A DNA stretch of 64,000 bases from NCBI GenBank assembly GCA_007376295.1, contig VMGB01000001.1, positions 349,969-413,968 of the forward strand, written 5' to 3'. The position numbers and the translations under genes are program-made. Origin of the DNA: Parcubacteria group bacterium Gr01-1014_13 (GTDB lineage Bacteria; Patescibacteriota; Patescibacteriia; Magasanikbacterales; GWA2-37-8). The notes under the pieces were generated by a model. The model was not told where the DNA came from. It did not search any database and worked only from the letters and a program-made list of their open reading frames with translations. This document shows positions 9,947 to 17,578 of this stretch, one piece after another (positions within the stretch are counted from its first letter, which is position 1; every line of letters begins with the position of its first letter).

Positions 9947-12256
9947 ATGGAACCAGCTCTACATTTACATGAATTCTTTGTGGAAGGGAGCAATCCTGAG
10001 ATATCGCACGTGCTCCTAAATATTACTGAACCTTCTACCCCCACCGAAAGGGACAAGGGCTACTTTTTTGCTATCTGCGAAATAAACAATGCCACCACGA
10101 AATATATTGCCAAGATGCAGAACGTGATAGACGAAATAGAAAACAGCTACTACGAAATCCCTGATAAAATAGGACAAACAGCCATGGAGATTGTTCTAGA
10201 TAAAATTAACCAGGAAAGCCTGGCCATGGTGCAACCGGATATTTCCTTGCATTGTATTGTCGGGGCAATACGCCAAAATGATATAATTTTCAGTTTCTAC
10301 GGACAACCACAGATGGTGCTATTCTACAAAGCCAAAGATGACACCTATAAAAAATTAGATTTGGTTGAACAAAATAAATCAAATGAACAAGATGATGAAA
10401 TAGATGGCAAACAAGAAAAAAATCAGTTATTTTCACAGATCGTACAGGGAAAAATCGGACCTAATGATTTTTTCTTTGCGGGTACTGCTCATATTGTAAA
10501 ATATTTCAACCATGACCGATTGCAAAAAATTATCACTACCAGACCGCCCCGCCAAAGCGCAGAGCATCTACAGAGAGTTCTGTCAGAAATCAAAAACAAC
10601 TTATCATTCGGCGGTATAATTATAAATCTACAGCCTGGCCCAGCCGCTCCTGTTTTGATAAAATCATCCCCTGCCAGAAAAGGCGGAGCGGGCCGATCGC
10701 TAAAAAACCTGTTTAGCACCGAAAGAAATACAGCCCACATGCTCTCACCGTCTCTCTTATCCAGATTTGAAGAAGAGACTCCGTCAGCCAAAGAAGACAG
10801 CGCGTTTGCTGGCGGAATGCTTGCAAGCGAAGAAGGTTCGAGATCCAACACCGAGATTACTTCTTCCCATCTTCGCGCCAGAACTGGAAAAATCAAAAAA
10901 GCAGAAGACGATACAAAAGTACAAGATATATTAAAAAAGACAGGGGTAATTATTTGGAAAATGTTAAAATATGCAGCTCGTGGCTTAGTATTGCTACTAC
11001 TGTTTATTAGCACTATAATTTCTACCCTAGGAAGAAATTTCCTTTTGTTATTTTTTATTATTACCAACTACCAAAATAGACGTCATACTATTTTGGCTCA
11101 ATGGGCGAGATGGTGGAAAAATATAAAAGAAAATGCCAAACACCTTCCAGTGGTAACAAAGATATTGCTAGCATTATCTTTGGTTCTGCTCTTGACGTTT
11201 GGCGCTGGGATATTTTATATAGGCGCCAAACAAAAAAAGCAGGCGCGAGCGGCCGCGTACACTAAAGCTGTACAGGATATAAAAACAAAGGAAGACGCCG
11301 CGGAAAGTTCTCTTGTTTATAACGATACCGTAGCCGCACTGGCCAGCATTAAAGAAGCCGAGCAAGTTTTAAAACAATTATCCTGTGTAACAACTTTGGA
11401 AAAATCCACTTGTAAAAATTTACAAGACCGGCTTGATGATTTACAGATGAGAGCGCGCAAAGTTACTTTAGTTCGCCCCACATTACTAGCAAATTGGGAT
11501 AATTTGGGACAAAACATTCAAGTGAATAATGTATTTTTGTTAAGCAATAAAATTTATGGCTTTGGCCAAACTAGCGCTGACATAATAACATATGACCCCT
11601 TGGTAAAAGAATCAAAGGTGGTTTCACCAGGTATATTTGTAGCAAATTTCAATGCCGCTTCTGTACCGAAAGAAAACGATTACGCCGTCTTGTTATACGA
11701 AGGAAAAGATCTTGTCCAGTTTAATCCAAAGGATAATTCCTGGAAAAAAATAGATATTGATTATCCAAATGAAAATGTCAAAATTAGCAGTGTGTCTGTA
11801 TACAATCGTCGTCTATACACTATAGATATTGAAAACAATCAAATCTATAAACACGATGCTATAAAAACAGGTTTCTCTACCGGCAAAGAATGGACAAAGA
11901 ATAATACTAGCGATATAAAAACAGGCGTAGATTTAGCGGTTGATGGTGACGTTTTTGTCCTAGGAAACAACGGCTCTATTTACAAATTTTCCAATGGCAT
12001 AGTGCAGCCATTTGCTATTAGCGGTTTAGAACCGGAGCTTAAATCAGCAGATAAAATTTGGACTTATAATGATTTAAATTATATTTACATTCTAGATACT
12101 GCTGGCAAGAGAATAATTGTGCTGGATAAAACCGGACAACTAAAGAAACAAATTACAGCAACGGAATTCTCCAATCCTACCGGCATGATTATAGATGAAG
12201 AAAAAAGTACTGCCTATATACTCGACAGCAACAAACTATACCAGATTAGTTTATAA
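9947..12256 (+). CDS. membrane protein: PP2C-like N-domain (inferred), TM segments, C-terminal NHL-like beta-propeller
   Basis: 769 aa; hydrophobic stretches at about aa 345-375 and 403-425; C-terminal repeats (LAVDGDVFVL, IYILD, PTGMIIDE). Confidence 0.6.
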   Translation: MEPALHLHEFFVEGSNPEISHVLLNITEPSTPTERDKGYFFAICEINNATTKYIAKMQNVIDEIENSYYEIPDKIGQTAMEIVLDKINQESLAMVQPDISLHCIVGAIRQNDIIFSFYGQPQMVLFYKAKDDTYKKLDLVEQNKSNEQDDEIDGKQEKNQLFSQIVQGKIGPNDFFFAGTAHIVKYFNHDRLQKIITTRPPRQSAEHLQRVLSEIKNNLSFGGIIINLQPGPAAPVLIKSSPARKGGAGRSLKNLFSTERNTAHMLSPSLLSRFEEETPSAKEDSAFAGGMLASEEGSRSNTEITSSHLRARTGKIKKAEDDTKVQDILKKTGVIIWKMLKYAARGLVLLLLFISTIISTLGRNFLLLFFIITNYQNRRHTILAQWARWWKNIKENAKHLPVVTKILLALSLVLLLTFGAGIFYIGAKQKKQARAAAYTKAVQDIKTKEDAAESSLVYNDTVAALASIKEAEQVLKQLSCVTTLEKSTCKNLQDRLDDLQMRARKVTLVRPTLLANWDNLGQNIQVNNVFLLSNKIYGFGQTSADIITYDPLVKESKVVSPGIFVANFNAASVPKENDYAVLLYEGKDLVQFNPKDNSWKKIDIDYPNENVKISSVSVYNRRLYTIDIENNQIYKHDAIKTGFSTGKEWTKNNTSDIKTGVDLAVDGDVFVLGNNGSIYKFSNGIVQPFAISGLEPELKSADKIWTYNDLNYIYILDTAGKRIIVLDKTGQLKKQITATEFSNPTGMIIDEEKSTAYILDSNKLYQISL

Positions 12257-12257
12257 C

Positions 12258-12284
12258 AAAAAGAGCCCTTCCGGGCTCTTTTTT
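12258..12284. terminator. bidirectional intrinsic terminator
   Basis: AAAAAGAGCCC-TTCC-GGGCTCTTTTT between convergent genes. Confidence 0.9.
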
Positions 12285-12299
12285 ATTTCTAAAAAGTAA

Positions 12300-12704
12300 T
12301 TATTTTAGAGTTACTTTGCCGCCAGCTTCTTCAATCTTCTTTTTCATAGCTTCAGCATCTTCTTTCTTTACGCCTTCTTTAACCATCTTAGGAGCGCCAT
12401 CTACTAAAGCTTTAGCATCTGCCAAACCTAAACCGGTTACTTCTTTTACAGCTTTGATCACATTGATCTTGCTAGCACCGGCATCGGTAAGCTCAACATT
12501 GAACTCAGTTTTTTCCTCAGCGGCAGCAGCTGCGCCTCCGGCAGCTGGAGCAGCCATCATCATGGCTGGAGCAGCGGCAGAAACGCCGAATTTTTCTTCC
12601 AAAACCTTTACCAATTCGGAAAGGTCTAGAACAGACATTTTTTCAACTTCTTCTACAAGGCTTTTAAACTTTGCAGGGACTTCTACTTTATTTTCTTCGG
12701 TCAT
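12300..12704 (-). CDS. rplL: 50S ribosomal protein L7/L12
   Basis: [30 protein letters not shown]; start moved to ATG 12704 (MTEENK). Confidence 0.97.
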   Translation of the reverse strand: MTEENKVEVPAKFKSLVEEVEKMSVLDLSELVKVLEEKFGVSAAAPAMMMAAPAAGGAAAAAEEKTEFNVELTDAGASKINVIKAVKEVTGLGLADAKALVDGAPKMVKEGVKKEDAEAMKKKIEEAGGKVTLK

Positions 12705-12714
12705 ATATTTATTA

Positions 12715-13239
12715 TTAAGCTTTTGATTTAGCAATATTATTAAGTACACCTACTAAACCGCGCAAATTTCCAGCCAGTACATTTACGAAACCAGAAACAG
12801 GGCTGTTGAGAGAGCCAACTAATCTGCCTAGCAATTCTTGTTTGCTTGGCAAACTGGCCAAACTCTTTACTGCGGAAACGTCTACGAATTTACCTTCCAA
12901 TACACCACCGAATATTTTTAATATTTCGTGAGTTTTGGCAAAAGTGTTTACTACTCTGGCAGCCGATACTTCGTCTCCCAAAGCCATAAAGGTAGCCACA
13001 CCACCGGCGAAAACCTTTGGATCAATATCTTTTAATCCCACGTCTTCACAAGCGCGCTTTACCAAAGTCTTTTTGGCAGCTACTACTTTAATATCATTTT
13101 TGCGGCATTCGCGTCGCAGTTCTTCTGCTTCAGAAACTTTTAAACCTTGAAAATTGGCAAAAACTACGGCTTTAGCGGCTCGCAGTCCGTCTTCCAAAGA
13201 TTTAATCGTTTCTTGTTTTTGTTGTTTTGATTTAGGCAT
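12715..13239 (-). CDS. rplJ: 50S ribosomal protein L10
   Basis: FQGLKV...[19 protein letters not shown]; start moved to ATG 13239 (MPKSK). Confidence 0.96.
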   Translation of the reverse strand: MPKSKQQKQETIKSLEDGLRAAKAVVFANFQGLKVSEAEELRRECRKNDIKVVAAKKTLVKRACEDVGLKDIDPKVFAGGVATFMALGDEVSAARVVNTFAKTHEILKIFGGVLEGKFVDVSAVKSLASLPSKQELLGRLVGSLNSPVSGFVNVLAGNLRGLVGVLNNIAKSKA

Positions 13240-13244
13240 ATAAA

Positions 13245-13362
13245 ATAAAAAATCTGTGTGTTCCACAGAATTCTAGTACAAATCGACCTAACAGGCTAAA
13301 ATTGCCCTTTATTTGCACCTCGGCAGGAAATTAAGTCTTGCGACACCTGCTGTCTATGGTTG
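13245..13362 (-). ncRNA. L10 leader (ribosomal protein autoregulatory RNA) with terminator-like hairpin
   Basis: Minus strand ACCATAGACAGCAGGTG...TTAATTTCCTGCCGAGGT matches the L10-leader pattern as recalled; TCTGTG-GAACA-CACAGA-TTTTTT lies just before rplJ. Confidence 0.85.
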
Positions 13363-13367
13363 AATAG

Positions 13368-13396
13368 ATAATATAATATCTGTGGATAAATGTCAA
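13368..13396 (-). promoter_or_regulatory. sigma70 promoter of rplJL, with a DnaA-box sequence in the spacer
   Basis: TTGACA-17-TATTAT; TTATCCACA at 13389-13381. Confidence 0.75.
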
Positions 13397-13412
13397 GGGG
13401 TTGATTTATAAT

Positions 13413-13447
13413 AAAAGGCCGGTAAACATTTATATTTTATCGACCTT
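13413..13447 (-). terminator. imperfect hairpin terminator after orphan ORF
   Basis: AAGGTCGATAAA...TTTACCGGCCTTTT on the minus strand, right after the stop. Confidence 0.5.
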
Positions 13448-13449
13448 AC

Positions 13450-13734
13450 CTAACCCCGAAATTTATAAAATAGCTTCTTTAATTCTATCATCTCATTATG
13501 AAGATCATCACACTCTTCATCGGTAAGTACCGCTACAGCGTCTATATCAGGTACACTCCCTAGAGGAATTGAATCTGTCTTATGCGAACCCAAACGATGG
13601 AGTTTCTTCCAAAATTCGTCTAGTTTTTCCCAAACTAAGAATACTTCCTCATCGCTAATATCCATTTTACATCCCCAAAAACCAGGAAAAATGATCAAAA
13701 ATTCTTCTCTAATCTCTTTAACCGTAGTAGGCAT
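13450..13734 (-). CDS. orphan hypothetical protein (94 aa)
   Basis: AAAGGAGGTGAAC-ATG at 13734; own promoter and terminator. Confidence 0.75.
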   Translation of the reverse strand: MPTTVKEIREEFLIIFPGFWGCKMDISDEEVFLVWEKLDEFWKKLHRLGSHKTDSIPLGSVPDIDAVAVLTDEECDDLHNEMIELKKLFYKFRG

Positions 13735-13775
13735 GTTCACCTCCTTTGGTTACCAACCCGTAATTGGGTTAACAG

Positions 13776-13848
13776 ACTATACCAGTATAGAACCTCTCTT
13801 GTCAACTGGTACAGAGGGGTTGACAAAGACTAGTTTTTATGCTATGAT
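13776..13848. promoter_or_regulatory. back-to-back sigma70 promoters, both with extended -10
   Basis: - strand TTGACA(13805)-18-TATAGT; + strand TTGACA(13820)-17-TATGAT(13843); both -10s preceded by TGn. Confidence 0.8.
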
Positions 13849-13899
13849 GTGACCTACATTTGGTATACCGACCAAAAAACACCAACAGAAAGGGATAAA

Positions 13900-14454
13900 A
13901 TGTCGATGTCGCTTTTGGTCCAGTATGAAGAGGACCTAGAGTCCAAACGGGAAGAAGTCTACTGCCAGCTCAAAAAGCTGGTGAAGAATCTGCCCATGTA
14001 CTTGAGCGCAACCACCAAGAGAGCGCTTCGGATTCACTTCGACAACTTCGACTTCGGGTATCAGTGGACCGAAGACGGCGAAGAGCTGATCCAGAAAGCT
14101 CGCATGGAACAGATGGCGACGGCAGAACGCTGGAAACGCTACGAAGAATTCGAACTGTTTGAAGACGAGCCCTGGATCGATGACCAGACGAAGAAGCTCT
14201 GGGGTTTCGCCGAGTACTGGGAGAACAAATTCGATCAGGAGACCATCAACGCCTGCAGGTTGAAGAAGGATCTCGCCTTTGAGTACGGAAGCATCCTCGT
14301 TCTGGAGAAGGCTTCTGGCAAAACCTACCATCGTAACGGTATCAAGCGCGATAAGACCGAGTTCTGGAACCGTCCCCAGCCGACTAGACGGCGACAGATC
14401 AAACTGCACAAAAAGATGCAGCGACGCCAGAACGACAATCAGCCTCAGGAGTAA
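13900..14454 (+). CDS. orphan hypothetical protein (184 aa) with atypical codon usage
   Basis: GAAAGGGATAAA-ATG at 13900 (the track's GTG at 13849 is upstream of the predicted TSS); many C/G-ending codons; basic C-tail. Confidence 0.8.
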   Translation: MSMSLLVQYEEDLESKREEVYCQLKKLVKNLPMYLSATTKRALRIHFDNFDFGYQWTEDGEELIQKARMEQMATAERWKRYEEFELFEDEPWIDDQTKKLWGFAEYWENKFDQETINACRLKKDLAFEYGSILVLEKASGKTYHRNGIKRDKTEFWNRPQPTRRRQIKLHKKMQRRQNDNQPQE

Positions 14455-14474
14455 CCACAACGGATGCTCCACTC

Positions 14475-14510
14475 ACCCGCCAAGACCACCTAGGTCGAAG
14501 CGGGTTTTTT
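14475..14510 (+). terminator. interrupted-hairpin intrinsic terminator
   Basis: ACCCGC-CAA-GACC-ACCTA-GGTC-GAA-GCGGGT-TTTTT. Confidence 0.75.
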
Positions 14511-14523
14511 AATTATACCAAGG

Positions 14524-14552
14524 TTGACAAATAGCTCGTTTTATACTATCTT
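14524..14552 (+). promoter_or_regulatory. sigma70 promoter
   Basis: TTGACA-17-TATCTT, followed by AAGGAG and ATG 14573. Confidence 0.6.
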
Positions 14553-14572
14553 GCCTCACAAGGAGTAACCCA

Positions 14573-14866
14573 ATGGAAAAGACGCCCTATAACCCGGATG
14601 AAGACGAAAATCTCTTTGACAACTCAATGAATGCATTTTGTTTGATCTTGAGACAACTTGTTTCTCGCAACAAAAACCTCCGTAGCCAACTCTCTGATCT
14701 ATCCAGGAAACAAAAAAATGGCATATCTGCTTCCACAAAAAAAGAAATCTATAACCACCTCCTTGAAGATGATATCTGCAATGACGAGTGGTTCCAAGAT
14801 GGCAAGTGCCTACTACTAAAAGCCAAAAAAGAGGCCAAATCAAAAACCAAAAAGAGACGAAAATAA
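14573..14866 (+). CDS. orphan hypothetical protein (97 aa) with Lys/Arg tail
   Basis: AAGGAG SD, own promoter and terminator; ends KAKKEAKSKTKKRRK. Confidence 0.75.
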   Translation: MEKTPYNPDEDENLFDNSMNAFCLILRQLVSRNKNLRSQLSDLSRKQKNGISASTKKEIYNHLLEDDICNDEWFQDGKCLLLKAKKEAKSKTKKRRK

Positions 14867-14875
14867 TGGCACGCG

Positions 14876-14906
14876 CCCGCCAACTGCAAAGTTTAGCGGG
14901 TTTTTT
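14876..14906 (+). terminator. interrupted-hairpin intrinsic terminator
   Basis: CCCGC-C-AACT-GCAA-AGTT-TA-GCGGG-TTTTTT. Confidence 0.75.
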
Positions 14907-15447
14907 ATTTTCTACCAAGAAGTCTTGCCAAAAAACCTGGTTTTTTAAATTCTAAAGGTTTAACTATCATTGTTTTGTTTGCGTCTCCTGATTGGCTGTG
15001 TTTAAGATTTTCAAGCTTCTCCTCAAGATCTCTTAATCTTTCAACCGCATCTGTATCGCCATAATTTTGCTCAACATCAAAGCGAGCGCCATCTATTTGT
15101 TTTTCCAATTCGTCATAAGCAGAGATATTCTCTCTGACCAAACGAGCTTCTTCACCCATTAAATTCATTACCGGATTGGTTGATCTTGCTTTCGCTTGAT
15201 CAAACTCTACATCTGTAATTTGCTGACGCAAAATTGCCAATTCATCTTTGTCATCTTGGGTTAACTGCTCCCCTTTTCTCAATACTGGCTTTGACTCTTC
15301 TGCCTTTCTCTTAAACTCCTCAGCTTTTCTTTGTATCTCCGCAGTTTCCTCCGGAGAAAAAATTACAGCGTTGAATCGTTCTCGTTTTTTTGCTCCAAAC
15401 CCATAATTTGTTTCTGCCGGAATAAATTTTGGTTGTTTGTCGGCCAT
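14905..15447 (-). CDS. hypothetical coiled-coil protein with amphipathic C-terminus
   Basis: 180 aa, charged and helical; ends KKPGFLARLLGRK; starts 7 nt after the pyrH stop. Confidence 0.75.
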   Translation of the reverse strand: MADKQPKFIPAETNYGFGAKKRERFNAVIFSPEETAEIQRKAEEFKRKAEESKPVLRKGEQLTQDDKDELAILRQQITDVEFDQAKARSTNPVMNLMGEEARLVRENISAYDELEKQIDGARFDVEQNYGDTDAVERLRDLEEKLENLKHSQSGDANKTMIVKPLEFKKPGFLARLLGRK

Positions 15448-15454
15448 ATAATAT

Positions 15455-16144
15455 TTATTTAATTAAACTGCCTTGGTATGTCTTACCATCTAAGACGTCT
15501 TTCAGTCCGGACAGGTCTGTACCTTTAGCAAACTTTACCGTTAAACCCAATTTTTGCGCTGTTTTGGCTGCTACCGGATCAAAAGGAAGGTTCGCCCCTG
15601 GAATCCATTTGTCCCCTACAATTTTTCGCAGTTCGTCCCAAGTTAAATTTTCCATTTTCTTTGCTTGGGAATTTTCGCGCGGATCAGCATCATAGATATA
15701 ATCTATATTGGAAAGATTAATTACTTCTTGGGCGCCATAAGTTTTGGCCAATAAAACGGCATCGTAGTCAGTGGAACAGCCGGGCTTCCAACCACCAGCT
15801 ACCAGGATAGATTTTCTTGATCTTACTTTTTTAGTCGGATTAACAATTAACTCCGGATCCGCCCTACCATTAAATAACAAACCAACAAATCTGGCATTAA
15901 AATGCGTAGCGTAAATTCCCAACCAATCCAGATCAATATCAGTAACATTGGCTGATTCTTTGGCTGCTTTCTGGTATTTGCGGCAAGTAGACCCACCGCC
16001 AATTACCAAAATAAATTTTTCCCCCACTTCAACTCTCTTTAAAATTAATTCTCTAAACTTTTTTAAAAATTCAATGTTAAATCCTTCCGGTGGAATTACG
16101 ATAGACCCTCCCAACGATATAATCCGGTATTGATTTTTCGGCAT
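15455..16144 (-). CDS. pyrH: UMP kinase, archaeal type
   Basis: SLGGS, IGGG..CRKYQ, DWLGIYAT, GGWKPGCSTD, DADPR, PFDPVA. Confidence 0.9.
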   Translation of the reverse strand: MPKNQYRIISLGGSIVIPPEGFNIEFLKKFRELILKRVEVGEKFILVIGGGSTCRKYQKAAKESANVTDIDLDWLGIYATHFNARFVGLLFNGRADPELIVNPTKKVRSRKSILVAGGWKPGCSTDYDAVLLAKTYGAQEVINLSNIDYIYDADPRENSQAKKMENLTWDELRKIVGDKWIPGANLPFDPVAAKTAQKLGLTVKFAKGTDLSGLKDVLDGKTYQGSLIK

Positions 16145-16150
16145 AACTTA

Positions 16151-16315
16151 TTAAAATTGATTTGCTTTAAAATTATGGGTCTGTGATTTATGATTCTTCC
16201 CCATAGCTCCTTTTAACTTATTAGGCGAATACATGGATTTGTTTGCCTTAAAAGTACTTGGCGTTCTATATCCTGTCTTGCCCTTTTGAGCTCTGTTGGA
16301 AGAATAATTTTTCAT
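16151..16315 (-). CDS. unannotated 54-aa basic small protein
   Basis: MKNYSSNRAQKGKTGYRTPSTFKANKSMYSPNKLKGAMGKNHKSQTHNFKANQF; fills the gap between neighbours with 3- and 6-nt spacers. Confidence 0.65.
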   Translation of the reverse strand: MKNYSSNRAQKGKTGYRTPSTFKANKSMYSPNKLKGAMGKNHKSQTHNFKANQF

Positions 16316-16318
16316 AAT

Positions 16319-16657
16319 TTATTCTTTTGATAAAGAATTAACTGCCCAACTGATAAGCCACATAGCCAACGCCCCCCAAAAAGCTGGCCAAAATCCAGCT
16401 ACAAAAAATCCTTTAACTACAGAAGCTGCGAGCCAGAACATCAGAGCGTTTATTACTAAAGTAAAAAGACCTAGGGTGAATATGTTTATAGGCAAAGTTA
16501 AAACAAGAAGAATCGGACGAATAAGAGCATTTATAAGCCCCAGTATTAAAGCGGCCACAAGCGCGGAATAAAAACTTACTACCGTTATGCCAGGAATATA
16601 ATATGCAATCAGAATCAAGGCTAAAGCGCTAAGCAACCAACGAACTAATAACTTCAT
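16319..16657 (-). CDS. YvlD/DUF360 'phage holin family' 4-TM membrane protein
   Basis: NALIRPIL..LTLPINIFTLGLF.LVINA signature. Confidence 0.9.
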   Translation of the reverse strand: MKLLVRWLLSALALILIAYYIPGITVVSFYSALVAALILGLINALIRPILLVLTLPINIFTLGLFTLVINALMFWLAASVVKGFFVAGFWPAFWGALAMWLISWAVNSLSKE

Positions 16658-16689
16658 ACGATTATATTAAGTTAATTAAACTGGTTAAT

Positions 16690-17286
16690 TTATGCACCGA
16701 CTAGTAAAGTAAATAATCCTTCGATCAAAGGTGAAATAAGTTCAAACAAGAAGAAAATGAAGAAAAGTAGAAGTACAAATCCGTATTTGTCCAAAAAATT
16801 TCTAACTCCTACCGCCGAATCTGGCAAAATAGCATATAAAACTTTGGAACCATCGAGTGGTGGGATAGGCACCAAGTTAAATATCATTAACATAACATTG
16901 GCGTATACTATAATAGACAGTATAGAAGTAAAATTGGATGCAGGTAAAAAACGTATCAAAACAGCAAAAGCAATGGCCAGTAAAAGGTTGGTAGCTGGTC
17001 CGGCTATGGCCACCACGGCTGGTCCCCATTTTTGATTTCTTAAGTTATATGGGTTATAAGGTACGGGCTTGGCATACGCAAAAAGAAACTTACCACCGGT
17101 AAGCACAGACAGAGTAATAGGCATTAAAATAGTCCCCCATAAATCTATATGAGGTATCGGATTTATGGTTAATCTGCCAGCCAACCTGGCTGTTGGGTCG
17201 CCAAGCATGTCTGCAGCCAAACCATGGGCATATTCGTGGATAATAGCCGAAGGGACGATGACTAAAAAGTAAAAAATGAAGTCCAT
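16690..17286 (-). CDS. site-2 protease (peptidase M50)
   Basis: HEYAH and FNLVPIPPLDG motifs; GDPTARLAGR. Confidence 0.93.
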   Translation of the reverse strand: MDFIFYFLVIVPSAIIHEYAHGLAADMLGDPTARLAGRLTINPIPHIDLWGTILMPITLSVLTGGKFLFAYAKPVPYNPYNLRNQKWGPAVVAIAGPATNLLLAIAFAVLIRFLPASNFTSILSIIVYANVMLMIFNLVPIPPLDGSKVLYAILPDSAVGVRNFLDKYGFVLLLFFIFFLFELISPLIEGLFTLLVGA

Positions 17287-17289
17287 ATA

Positions 17290-17318
17290 TTGACAAAACT
17301 TAGGGATTAAAGTATAAT
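17290..17318 (+). promoter_or_regulatory. consensus sigma70 promoter of rpmB
   Basis: TTGACA-17-TATAAT exact match. Confidence 0.85.
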
Positions 17319-17363
17319 TATCGCATTAGTATTATATCTCAAAAACGTTAACTTTTCAAATAT

Positions 17364-17540
17364 ATGTCCAGAATTTGCTTTATCTGCGATAAATCTGCTG
17401 CTCGTGCCAACCACGTCAGCCACTCCAATCGCAAGGTGCCACGAAGACAAAATCCTAATCTTCAATTAATCAAAGTAGCAGGCGAAAGCGTCAGAGCTTG
17501 CTCCAGCTGCCGCCGAACAATGGTTAAAAAAATGGCTTAA
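17364..17540 (+). CDS. rpmB: 50S ribosomal protein L28 (zinc-ribbon form)
   Basis: Below the ORF-track cutoff; MSRICFICDKSAARANHVSHSNRKVPRRQNPNLQ...RACSSCRRT, 58 aa. Confidence 0.93.
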   Translation: MSRICFICDKSAARANHVSHSNRKVPRRQNPNLQLIKVAGESVRACSSCRRTMVKKMA

Positions 17541-17567
17541 AAAAATCCCCCTCTCGGGGGATTTTTT
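17541..17567. terminator. bidirectional intrinsic terminator
   Basis: AAAAATCCCCC-TCTC-GGGGGATTTTTT. Confidence 0.9.
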
Positions 17568-17578
17568 GTTTATTGATT

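Noticed and set aside
13381-13389. DnaA box as a sign of oriC
   Set aside because: Only one perfect box seen, with no cluster and no dnaA/dnaN nearby
13936-14472. 178-aa antisense ORF; also 46772-47410, 10489-11067, 12316-12726, 14556-14918 and other short overlapping ORFs in the track
   Set aside because: Shadows of real genes: no SD, promoter or recognisable motif, and explained by sense-strand codon bias
14464-14493. 9-codon mini-ORF (MLHSPAKTT) after AGGAG
   Set aside because: SD spacing is long and the ORF runs into the terminator; no support for translation
13413-14906. Classical integron cassette array
   Set aside because: No intI, no clear RYYYAAC...GTTRRRY ends, and the genes are divergent with their own promoters
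16319-16657. 'Phage holin' as prophage evidence
   Set aside because: YvlD/DUF360 is a common chromosomal family, and there are no lysin, structural or integrase genes
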